Origin: an uncultured Thermomicrobiaceae bacterium
Lineage (GTDB): Bacteria; Chloroflexota; Chloroflexia; Thermomicrobiales; Thermomicrobiaceae
Direction: 5' to 3'
DNA: 64,000 nucleotides
Assembly (NCBI GenBank): GCA_938082375.1
Contig: CALKCJ010000025.1
Coordinates: forward strand, 37,363 to 101,362
Shown: piece after piece, positions 36,252 through 44,626 of the stretch
Position numbering within the stretch: the first letter of the stretch is position 1
Layout: the number at the start of each line of letters is the position of its first letter
Position numbers and translations under genes: made by a program
The notes under the pieces: generated by a model
What the model saw: only the letters and a program-made list of their open reading frames with translations
Told to the model about the DNA's origin: nothing
Database searches by the model: none

Positions 36252-39089
36252 ATGAGTCCACAACAGGCTGGGGTGAGGCTGCTGTTGGTGCTCGCGCTCG
36301 CGGTGGGCGCACTAACCAGCCTGCCGCTCGTGGCCAGCGCGGCGACGCCCTACCTCGAGGACGCCCAGGGACGCGTCTACCTGCCCTGGGTCTACAACGG
36401 CGAGGTGCTACCGGGCAACTTCGGCCCCTTCTACAGCACCGTCACTGTCCAAAACCTGGAACCGCTGCCTATCGAGATCCGGCTCATCCGGCCCGACGGC
36501 CGCCGGCTCGGCTCCGCTATCGCCCTCGGCCCACGGGCTGCGCGGACGTTCACCGCTGCCGAGCTGCAGGCACTCGGCCTCTTCGAGGGCGGGACCACCG
36601 GCAACGGGCTCATCATCGAGGGCCGCTTGGCTCGCGAGAGCCAGGACATCCTCGGCCAGCTCGGTCTCTGCGGCACCGACTTCGACGGCTCCGACTGTCT
36701 CTACCCAGCTATCGCTGCTATCGAGAAGCACGCCCGGCCGGCTGCGATCGGCATGGACGCTCGCACCGGACCAGCCCAGGAGTCGGTGAGCGGCCAGGCG
36801 GGGGTGCGCGCGGAGACGCTGGCCCAGGCCGCCGACGGCACTCGCTGGGTTATCCCGGTCGTCCAGACCAACAACGAGTGGCGCACGGTGATTAGAGTTG
36901 TCAACGTCTCCCGGCGCGACGAGCAGAGCGTCACGCTCACCCTGCGCCGCAACCAGGAGCTGACCGCCGGCCAGGCCGTCTACACGCTGAGCCAGACGCT
37001 TAACCGAGGTCAGAGCTGGACGGTCGACCTCAGCAGCGTCGCGCCGCCCGAGTGGGTCGGCTCAGCCTGGATCGACGCGTCCGCCGCGGTGGTCGCAGTC
37101 GCCGAGCGCTACAAGCCCTCCTGGAAGATGGCGCTCACCACCGAGGCCGCCCCGCGCGACGGCGCGCCGAGCACGCTCTATGGCTCGCTGATCTTCCGCG
37201 AGTACAACGGCTGGAACACTGGAATCAACCTGGTCAACCTCGACCCGGTCAACACAAACTCGGTCACCCTGTCCTACTATGCCGCCGACGGCTCGATCCA
37301 GACCGTGCCAGCGGAGGCCTCGCAGGTTACGCTCGAGCCGGGCGCCAGTGCTTTCATTTACCGGCCCGACATCAGCGCAGTTCCTAGCCTCGACCGCAGC
37401 CGGGTGAACGCGGTGGTGATCAGCGGTAGCCGGCCACTGGCGGTGGCGATCGACGAGGTGAAGTACCGCGCGGGGCCCGGTCAGGGACAGGCGATGAGCT
37501 ACCTGGCTCAGGGCCGCCCGCAGCAGGTGAGCAAGGAGGTGTACGACCGCTCGACGACCGAGGCGCGCACGTTCGGCCACGTGAGCGGCCGCTACTGGTA
37601 CACCCAGACGCTGGCGATGCCGCTGTTCCAAGTGGGCGACGCAAGCGGGTTGGGCGACGTCAGCGGGATCAACTTGTTCAACCCCGGCGGCCAGGCCCAG
37701 CGCGCCTATGTGCAGTTCCTGCGCGCGAGCGGTGCACCCGAAGCGCCGACTGCCTCCGGCTCGGCCGAGAGCCCGGCCGCATTGAGTGTGCTGATCCCGG
37801 CCGGCGGGCACGCCATCATCTATCCGTACGACGCCGCCTGGAGCGGCGTGCCGCGCGACTTCACCGGCACAGTGCTGGTGGGAGTGGACGATGAGGGCGG
37901 CGGCAGCGGCGGCTTCCTGGTGGGCATTTCGAACAACGTGAACTACGCGGTCAACGGCGACGGCTCGGCCGTCTACGCGCTGGCCAGCAGCGTGCACGGC
38001 CCGCTGACGCTCAGCGGCGTTACCCTGGCGCTGACGCCCCAAAGCGACAGCAACGCGGTCAACGCCCAGCACACCGTCACCGCCGAGCTGCGCGCCGGAG
38101 CTTCTCCCCTGCGAGGCCGGAACATCCTGTTCCGAGTGACCCGCGGCAACACGCTGGTCGAAAGCGACACCGCCACCACCGGGGTGAACGGTCGGGCGAC
38201 GTTCGCGTACACCAACGACCAGGCAGGCACGGACACGATTACGGCCTGCTGGGACGTGGACGGCAGTGGCACCTGCGACCCCGGCGAGCCCTTGGCCACG
38301 GCCAGCAAGACGTGGTATAGCGCGACGCTAATACTGGACGACCTCGGCCCAGTGGTCACGGTCGGAGCCCAGACCGGCTACTTCGTGCCCGCGGAGGCGC
38401 TCGCGGCAGCGGCGAGCTGGCCGGTTGACCCCGTCACCTGCGACCTGACGCCGAACCAGGCCAATGTGCGCGTGCTGCTGCGGTTCACCACAACCGGCGG
38501 GGCGACCGCCCGCTGGGGTGCTGGGACGCCCGCTCAGAGCGGTGTCGTCGCCGGACAGACCAACTCCCAGGGGGTCTTCACCGCCAAGCTGACGCTGGAC
38601 GACGGCGTGGACGAGAACACGTTCGTCGTCGGCTGCTACCTGGACAAGGGCGCGCTGGGCAGCTTCGACAGCGCCGACCAGCTCCTGGCCAGCAAGACCG
38701 TCTTCGTCGGCACGCTCAGCTTCGCGGTGGCCGATGCCAGCGGTACCGCCGTTGCTGGTGACGCGACCGCCGACGGCACGGCCACGCTAACGGCAAAGTT
38801 CGGCGCGAGCAACGTGCCGGGGGTGGGGGTGGCACTACGTATCGTGGGAGACGGCAATTCCAACGACGACTGGAGCTTCTCGGCAACAGCCGATGACAAC
38901 GAGGAGCGCGGCCAGACCAGCAGCGCGGGCACCTTCACGCGGTCGCTCTACTGGCGGGCCGACCCCGGATCTACTGGACTCGACACGATTGCGGACGCCT
39001 TCCAGGGCGGCTGGGATCCCGACGGAAACGGCACGATCGACGTACAGGCGACCAATTCTCCGATCTATGCGCCCGGCGGGATAAGCTAG
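36252..39089 (+). CDS. Large secreted protein (945 aa): signal peptide, four cryptic beta-rich modules, one Big_1-like domain, C-terminal region
   Basis: Signal peptide MSPQQAGVRLLLVLALAVGALTSLPLVASA; GAAGGGGGGA RBS before ATG 36252. Big_1-like LALTPQSDSNAVNAQHTVTAEL...ILFRVTRGN...TITACWDVDGSGTCDPGEP. Confidence 0.85.
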   Translation: MSPQQAGVRLLLVLALAVGALTSLPLVASAATPYLEDAQGRVYLPWVYNGEVLPGNFGPFYSTVTVQNLEPLPIEIRLIRPDGRRLGSAIALGPRAARTFTAAELQALGLFEGGTTGNGLIIEGRLARESQDILGQLGLCGTDFDGSDCLYPAIAAIEKHARPAAIGMDARTGPAQESVSGQAGVRAETLAQAADGTRWVIPVVQTNNEWRTVIRVVNVSRRDEQSVTLTLRRNQELTAGQAVYTLSQTLNRGQSWTVDLSSVAPPEWVGSAWIDASAAVVAVAERYKPSWKMALTTEAAPRDGAPSTLYGSLIFREYNGWNTGINLVNLDPVNTNSVTLSYYAADGSIQTVPAEASQVTLEPGASAFIYRPDISAVPSLDRSRVNAVVISGSRPLAVAIDEVKYRAGPGQGQAMSYLAQGRPQQVSKEVYDRSTTEARTFGHVSGRYWYTQTLAMPLFQVGDASGLGDVSGINLFNPGGQAQRAYVQFLRASGAPEAPTASGSAESPAALSVLIPAGGHAIIYPYDAAWSGVPRDFTGTVLVGVDDEGGGSGGFLVGISNNVNYAVNGDGSAVYALASSVHGPLTLSGVTLALTPQSDSNAVNAQHTVTAELRAGASPLRGRNILFRVTRGNTLVESDTATTGVNGRATFAYTNDQAGTDTITACWDVDGSGTCDPGEPLATASKTWYSATLILDDLGPVVTVGAQTGYFVPAEALAAAASWPVDPVTCDLTPNQANVRVLLRFTTTGGATARWGAGTPAQSGVVAGQTNSQGVFTAKLTLDDGVDENTFVVGCYLDKGALGSFDSADQLLASKTVFVGTLSFAVADASGTAVAGDATADGTATLTAKFGASNVPGVGVALRIVGDGNSNDDWSFSATADDNEERGQTSSAGTFTRSLYWRADPGSTGLDTIADAFQGGWDPDGNGTIDVQATNSPIYAPGGIS

Positions 39090-39110
39090 ATCCAGCGCGG
39101 CTCGCCGCCA

Positions 39111-39145
39111 GAAGCCCCGGGGATCTCCCGGGGCTTCTGGGTTGG
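39111..39145 (+). terminator. Intrinsic terminator-like hairpin (conserved copy 2)
   Basis: GAAGCCCCGGG-GATCT-CCCGGGGCTTC followed by TGGGTTGG. Confidence 0.6.
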
Positions 39146-39150
39146 CCTCT

Positions 39151-39214
39151 GCCCTCACCCCCGGCCCCTCTCCCGCGAGGGCGGGAGAGGGGTACCCGCA
39201 GGGTGGGGTGAGGG
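39151..39214. repeat. Nested-palindrome REP element, copy 2
   Basis: GCCCTCACCCCCGGCCCCTCTCCCGCGAGGGCGGGAGAGGGG...GGGGTGAGGG, preceded by TTGGCCTCT. Confidence 0.85.
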
Positions 39215-39226
39215 TGGTTGGCCTCT

Positions 39227-39305
39227 GCCCTCACCCCCAGCCCCCTCTCCCACCGAGCGGGAGAGGGGAGGGCGAGGCGCACCGCGCCGAGCCGGGGGTG
39301 AGGGG
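39227..39305. repeat. Nested-palindrome REP element, copy 3 (tandem to copy 2)
   Basis: GCCCTCACCCCCAGCCCCCTCTCCCACCGAGCGGGAGAGGGG...GGGGGTGAGGGG, also preceded by TTGGCCTCT. Confidence 0.85.
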
Positions 39306-39381
39306 AAGCCTGGTGAGACTGGGGGCTGGGTACAGTAGAATGTGATCCGAGGCGCGCGCATGAAGCCCCGCGAGGGAGCAT

Positions 39382-39858
39382 ATGCCGCTGGGCCGTTCCG
39401 AACTGAACCCGACCATCAACTACTACGAGGTGCTGGACGTCCCCTTCCATGCCACGCGGGAGGAGATTATCCGCTCCTACCGCCGGCTGATCCGCTCCTG
39501 CCATCCCGACCGCTTTCTCGACGCCGACGAGCGACGCAAGGCCGAGGAGCGAGCCAAGCTGCTGAATGCAGCCTACACGGTGCTGGCGCGGCCCGAGCTA
39601 CGACGGGAATACGACCAGCTCCTGCGCCAGCGGGCGCTGGCCGACCTGCTGTTCCAGCGCTACACCGGCAACGTGCCAGGCTGGTCGGGCAACCCGGCGG
39701 TCCGCCCAGCCCGCGCGGCGACGCTGCGCGCCCAGCAGCCGAACGGGCAGGCGTTCTTCCAGATCCTGGTGGTCACCGTCATCTTCGTCGCAGTGCTGGT
39801 GCTGGCGCTGGTCACCAGCAGCGCAGCCCTGCAGGCCCTCCTGCTGCTTTTCTCTTGA
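39382..39858 (+). CDS. J-domain (DnaJ-like) protein with C-terminal TM helix
   Basis: NYYEVLDVPFHATREEIIRSYRRLIRSCHPDRF (HPD motif); C-terminal FFQILVVTVIFVAVLVLALV. Confidence 0.8.
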   Translation: MPLGRSELNPTINYYEVLDVPFHATREEIIRSYRRLIRSCHPDRFLDADERRKAEERAKLLNAAYTVLARPELRREYDQLLRQRALADLLFQRYTGNVPGWSGNPAVRPARAATLRAQQPNGQAFFQILVVTVIFVAVLVLALVTSSAALQALLLLFS

Positions 39859-40058
39859 GTAGCGGACAGCGGTCACTACACCATCACGTGCACCGCCACG
39901 ACCAGCGGGCCTGGCGCAGGAGACGGAATAGAAGTACCGCCGGCGGCTCCGCCCAGAGCGCTGTGGACGGGCGACGGTGCCCCGCGTAGGCTAAGGCGAA
40001 CCACGCTGTGTGGCTCGTATGCCGGGCGGCAGGCGTGGCGTGGTGAGGAGGCAGGTTC

Positions 40059-41285
40059 ATGTCCGGCGGAGCGCAGCCTGTACCCGACCAGGCGAAGGTC
40101 GTCGTGATCGGTGCCGGCTTGCTCGGTTGCTCTATCGCCTACCAGGTGGCGAAGCGCGGTCACTCCGTGCTGGTGCTGGAAGCACGCGGGATCTGCTCGG
40201 GCGCCTCCGGCCGGAATGGCGGGATGACCGGCGCTGGCTCGGCGCTGCACTCGGCCGCCGGCCACGCGGTCTACGCGCTGACGCGCGAGAACCTGCGCAT
40301 GCTCAGCGAGGACTTGCCGCGCGAGCTGGGCGACAATTTCTCCCTGCGCCTCACCGGCACGCTCGACCTCGCGACCACCGAAGAGCAGTACGCGCACATC
40401 GCTGCTAGCGTGCGGGCCCAGCAGGAGCACGGCTTGGCGGTACGGCTGCTCGACGCGCGCGAAGTGCGCGAGCTGGTACCGGTCGCCGCCGACCGGATCC
40501 TCGGGGCGCGCCTATCGGAAGAGGCCGGGCACCTCTGGCCCTTCCAGCTCGTGCACGCGCTCGCTCGCGGGGCGCGCTACTACGGAGCGGAGATCGTGAC
40601 CTGGACGCCGGTGACCCGGATCGTGAGCGAGAACGGCGCGGTCGTCGCAGTCGAGACGCCGCGGGGGAGAGTCGAGACGGGCACAGTCGTACTGGCGACG
40701 AATGCCTGGACGCCGCGGCTCCTGCCCGACCTCCCGAAAGGAGCGCTCGTGCCAGCGCGGGGTCAGATCCTGGTCACCGAGCCGGTGGTGCCGGTCTTGC
40801 CGTACCCATTCAGCACTAACTTCGACAAGGAGTACGGGCGCCAGACACCGACCGGGCAGGTGCTCTGCGGCGGCTGCCGGCGGCTCGACGAGGACGAGGG
40901 TCTGGGCCACGACGCGGAGACCGTAACGCCGCGTGTGCTGAGCGGGATCGCGCGCACGCTGGCGACACTATTCCCGCCGCTTGGCCGGCTGCGCATGGTG
41001 CGGGCCTGGGCGGGGATCATGGGGTTCACCGCGGACGGGCTGCCGCTGATCGGCCCGTACGGAGGCATCGATGGCCTCTACGTCGCGGCCGGCTTCAACG
41101 GCGGCGGCTTCTCCTGGGGCGCCGCCGTCGGTAAGGTCATGGCCCAGCTCATCTGCCTGGGGCGGGCCGCCTTCGACCTGCAACCGTTCGACCCCAACCG
41201 CTTCGTCCAGACCGGCGTGACCTGGGCCAACCCCTTTACGGCCGGCGAGCGGAACAATCCCCGCTCCGGGCGCACCACATCCTGA
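40059..41285 (+). CDS. FAD-dependent oxidoreductase (DAO / sarcosine oxidase beta-like)
   Basis: VVVIGAGLLGCSIAYQVAKRGHSVLVLE, SGASGRNGG; GAGGAGG RBS. Confidence 0.88.
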   Translation: MSGGAQPVPDQAKVVVIGAGLLGCSIAYQVAKRGHSVLVLEARGICSGASGRNGGMTGAGSALHSAAGHAVYALTRENLRMLSEDLPRELGDNFSLRLTGTLDLATTEEQYAHIAASVRAQQEHGLAVRLLDAREVRELVPVAADRILGARLSEEAGHLWPFQLVHALARGARYYGAEIVTWTPVTRIVSENGAVVAVETPRGRVETGTVVLATNAWTPRLLPDLPKGALVPARGQILVTEPVVPVLPYPFSTNFDKEYGRQTPTGQVLCGGCRRLDEDEGLGHDAETVTPRVLSGIARTLATLFPPLGRLRMVRAWAGIMGFTADGLPLIGPYGGIDGLYVAAGFNGGGFSWGAAVGKVMAQLICLGRAAFDLQPFDPNRFVQTGVTWANPFTAGERNNPRSGRTTS

Positions 41286-41294
41286 GCGCGATCC

Positions 41295-42152
41295 TCAGAG
41301 GGACTCCCAGACCGGGACACCGTCGCGGCGCGTGATCCGCCCCAGTCCATAAGGCAGCAGATGGCAGCCGGCCAGCAGCATCTCCTCCCTGGCCGCCCAC
41401 TCGACGATCCGTCGTCGCGTCTGGATGGCCGCGTCTGTGTCCATATCGAAGGCGATGCAGATCTCGTTGACCGGCACCTGGGCCGGGTGGTGGAAGACAT
41501 CGCCCACGATCAGTGCCTGCTGGCTGCCAGAGGTGATGTGGAGGCTCATGTGGCCTGCCGTATGGCCAGGGGTAGGAAACGCCCGGATGCCAGGCAGGAG
41601 ATCGGCCTCCCCCTCAATCACGTCGAGGACGCCGAGTCCGACAAGTGGGGTGACGTCGTGCTCGACACAGCCAGGTACCAGGGCCTCCATAGCAGCCTTG
41701 ACCTCGGGGCGGTGGAACACCTCCCAGTCAGCCCGTGAGGCCACGTAGCGGGCGTTGGGGAACGTTGGCGTGCCCTCCGACGTAAGGTTCCAGCCCACGT
41801 GGTCAGGGTGCAGGTGCGTCAGGAAGACGATATCGACGTCTTTGGGTGCGACACCACAGCTCGCCAGTTCCTCCATAAGCTGGCCACGGCTGTGGCCGAA
41901 GAGCGCGACCGGCCCTGGCCCGATGCCAGTGTCGACAAGCACGGTACGGTCGCTGGCCCGCACCAGAAAACAGCCAACCCGGGTGACGAGGCCGTCCTCG
42001 CCAGCGAAGTACTCGGGATACCGCGCGCGGAATGGCTCCCAGGTCTCGCGCGGCGTCGTGGGATACGCCCCGCTGTAGGTGAAGAACGGCCCAGCCGTGT
42101 CAGTCAAGGAGACGATCTCGATCGCACCGACCTCGATATGTCGTACCCCCAT
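41295..42152 (-). CDS. MBL-fold metallo-hydrolase
   Basis: HLHPDHVGW (HxHxDH) and PTPGHTAGH. ATG 42152 with GAGGAG RBS is preferred over the track start. Confidence 0.85.
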   Translation of the reverse strand: MGVRHIEVGAIEIVSLTDTAGPFFTYSGAYPTTPRETWEPFRARYPEYFAGEDGLVTRVGCFLVRASDRTVLVDTGIGPGPVALFGHSRGQLMEELASCGVAPKDVDIVFLTHLHPDHVGWNLTSEGTPTFPNARYVASRADWEVFHRPEVKAAMEALVPGCVEHDVTPLVGLGVLDVIEGEADLLPGIRAFPTPGHTAGHMSLHITSGSQQALIVGDVFHHPAQVPVNEICIAFDMDTDAAIQTRRRIVEWAAREEMLLAGCHLLPYGLGRITRRDGVPVWESL

Positions 42153-42378
42153 CGCTGTTCTCCTCACTCCCGTGCGAGAGCTCTTCTCACACCAGACGGC
42201 AGATGGCCAATACGCCCAGTCATAGTACTTGACGTTCGCGCTGAGCATCGCGGGACATGCGACGCTCGTCAAGACAGCCGGGAAACGAGGGAACTCTCTG
42301 CGAGCGGCTGGCGTCTACCTGGTGGAGGGGAGAAGGTTGATCGGCTATACGGTGTAGAGTTGGATAGGATCGGTACCG

Positions 42379-43167
42379 ATGGTCGAGCAGAGCGAGCGCC
42401 GTACTCGCATCGCCCTCTGGGCCCTCAGTCTGGCTGTCCTGACGGTGCTGGCTGTGGCGGTAGCCGGCGTGCTCGCAAGCCCGCGTGGGTCTACGGGCAA
42501 CCACGGAGAGCGTGACATGGGAACCGGATCGCCGGTGAGCGAGGTTGTCCGCCGGCCGCTGCAGATCACGGACGTGCAGGTCGCGGTCGGCGAGGCCGGG
42601 GCGGTCGCGCTCCGGGTGACCGGGATCATCCCGGACGCCTGCACGCGCGCACTGCCTCCACAGGTCACCCACCAGGGCCAGCAGATCGAGGTGACGATCC
42701 TCGGCGAGCGACCGCGCGATGCCCTGTGTGCGCAGGTGATTTCGGCGTACGCCGAGACGATCGCGCTGGGGATCCTGGAGCCAGGCGAGTACGCGATCTC
42801 AGTCAACGGGTTCAAGACCACGGCCCGAGTGGACGCGAATGCCGGCACACCGCCCGCCGGTGAGCTGCTGATTCGGCCGGTGCAGGTGACCGGTGTCGAC
42901 GTGCGTATCGCCGAGAGCTACCCGCCGCAGGGCTTCGCCGAGGTGACCGGCGTCCTGGGCGACGGTTGCACCGAGGCCCTCGAGCCGCTCGTCCAGCGCG
43001 ACGGGGACGTGATTACCGTCACCATCCTGAGCCAGCGCCCGCGCGATGCCGTCTGCACGATGATCGCCCGGGAGTACCGCACGACGGTGCCGCTTGGCGC
43101 GCTCGAACCCGGTAAACAGTACACGCTGCGCGTCAACGACTACGAGACGGTCTTCTCGGCATCGTGA
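42379..43167 (+). CDS. Hypothetical membrane-anchored/secreted protein with two tandem ~95-aa Cys-pair domains
   Basis: N-terminal TM RIALWALSLAVLTVLAVAVAGVLA. Repeats ..VTGIIPDACTRALPPQV..IEVTILGERPRDALCAQVI and ..VTGVLGDGCTEALEPLV..ITVTILSQRPRDAVCTMIA. Confidence 0.6.
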   Translation: MVEQSERRTRIALWALSLAVLTVLAVAVAGVLASPRGSTGNHGERDMGTGSPVSEVVRRPLQITDVQVAVGEAGAVALRVTGIIPDACTRALPPQVTHQGQQIEVTILGERPRDALCAQVISAYAETIALGILEPGEYAISVNGFKTTARVDANAGTPPAGELLIRPVQVTGVDVRIAESYPPQGFAEVTGVLGDGCTEALEPLVQRDGDVITVTILSQRPRDAVCTMIAREYRTTVPLGALEPGKQYTLRVNDYETVFSAS

Positions 43168-43170
43168 CGG

Positions 43171-43953
43171 TCAGCGGCCGCGGAAGCGCGGCGGCCGGCC
43201 CTCGGCGAAGGCGCGCAGGCCCTCGCGGTAGTCCTCGGTCTCGTCGAGCGCCGTCCGGAGCTGTTCGATGAGCCGCGCGGCTTCCTCCTGGTCAGCGTCG
43301 AAGGCGTGGCGCAGCGCGACTTTGGCCGCCCGGACGGCTAGCGGCGCGTTGGTGAGAATGCGATCGAGGTATTCGGCCGCCGCGCGCTCGAGTTCCTCCG
43401 GCGGCACGACGCGGTCGACCAGGCCGATGCGCAGAGCTTCCTCCGCGTTGACCACCCGGCCGCTGAGGATCAGGTCGGCTGCCCGGGCCGGGCCGATCAA
43501 TCGCGGAAGCCGGAGCATACCCCCGGCACCGGGGAAGATGCCCCGACGCACCTCCGGGAAGCCGATGCGGGCGGTGGTGTCAGCGAAGCGGAGATCACAG
43601 GTGAGCGCCAGCTCGGCGCCGCCGGCCAGGCAGTAGCCGTGGATGAGCGCAAGCGACGGGACCGGCAGGGCAGCCAGCGCCTCGGCGGCCTCACGGATCA
43701 AGCGCGTATGCTCGCGCAGCTCGTCAGGCGTCATCGCCAGGCGCTCGCGGAGGTCGGCGCCGGTCGAGAAGGCACGCTCGCCCCCGCGCAGGAGCACAGC
43801 GCGGACGCTGTCGTCCGCAGCGACGACCTCGGCGGCCTTGCGCAGGCTTCTTGCTAGTTCCCGGTCAATGGCGTTGAGCGCCTGCGGGCGGTTGAGCGTG
43901 ATGGTGGCGATTCCCTGCTCGACAGTGAGCAAGACCGGTGACTGAGCGTGCAC
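43171..43953 (-). CDS. Enoyl-CoA hydratase/isomerase family protein
   Basis: ITLNRPQALNA, FSTGADL, LALIHGYCLAGGAELAL. GTG 43953 start gives the typical ~260 aa. Confidence 0.9.
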   Translation of the reverse strand: MHAQSPVLLTVEQGIATITLNRPQALNAIDRELARSLRKAAEVVAADDSVRAVLLRGGERAFSTGADLRERLAMTPDELREHTRLIREAAEALAALPVPSLALIHGYCLAGGAELALTCDLRFADTTARIGFPEVRRGIFPGAGGMLRLPRLIGPARAADLILSGRVVNAEEALRIGLVDRVVPPEELERAAAEYLDRILTNAPLAVRAAKVALRHAFDADQEEAARLIEQLRTALDETEDYREGLRAFAEGRPPRFRGR

Positions 43954-44061
43954 GTACCTCCCGTCCGTCCCCTCTTCGATCTGCCGCCCGCATCGTAGCC
44001 GATCGGCCCTTCGGATGGCCTCCACGTCAAGGTGAGGTGAGCGCGGCCACCCCACGGCGAA

Positions 44062-44622
44062 CTAGCCGGCGGCCTCGCTCCTTCTCGCACCAGGGAAGAG
44101 CCCGGGTAGACTCGCCAGCTCCTCCAGCACGGCCAGCAGCAGCGCCCGGCGATCGATCGGGCGGCCGGTCTCGACCAGGATGCTGGTCGCAGTAGGCTGG
44201 GGGAGTTGCTCTGGGGAGACGTTCACGTTGATCCCGATGCCGATCAGCAGGTAGTCGAGCCGGCGGCCCTCAATCCGGCTCTGCAGGAGGATGCCGGCCA
44301 GCTTGTGGCCGTTGACCAGCAGGTCGTTCGGCTCCTTGATCGTCACCCGTAGCCCGGTCAGGCGCGCAATCGCCTGCGCCACGCGCTCGGCGACCCGCAC
44401 CGAGAGCCGCTCATCCTGCACCAGCGCGAGCGGCGGGCGGCAAAGCACCGTGAAGAGCAACGAGGTGCCGTGCGGCGCTTCCCACCGCCGGCCCTGTCGG
44501 CCGCGGCCCTGTGTCTGCTCTTCGGCCACTACCACCAGCCCGGCCGGCTCGCCCACGGCAGCGCGCTCGGCGGCGAGATCCATGGTCGAGGTGATCCGGT
44601 CGTGCCACTCGATCCGCCACAC
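44062..44622 (-). CDS. birA: Biotin--[acetyl-CoA-carboxylase] ligase (short, catalytic domain only)
   Basis: Signature EEQTQGRGRQGRRWEAPHGTSLLFTV; KEPNDLLVNGHKLAGILL. Confidence 0.85.
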   Translation of the reverse strand: MWRIEWHDRITSTMDLAAERAAVGEPAGLVVVAEEQTQGRGRQGRRWEAPHGTSLLFTVLCRPPLALVQDERLSVRVAERVAQAIARLTGLRVTIKEPNDLLVNGHKLAGILLQSRIEGRRLDYLLIGIGINVNVSPEQLPQPTATSILVETGRPIDRRALLLAVLEELASLPGLFPGARRSEAAG

Positions 44623-44626
44623 GGCG

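Noticed and set aside
39151-39305. Possible CRISPR array (two adjacent similar ~65-80-nt units).
   Set aside because: There are only two units. Each is a long nested palindrome with no unique spacers. Identical elements occur singly elsewhere (36025, 56616, 62715), and no cas genes are present. REP-type elements fit better.
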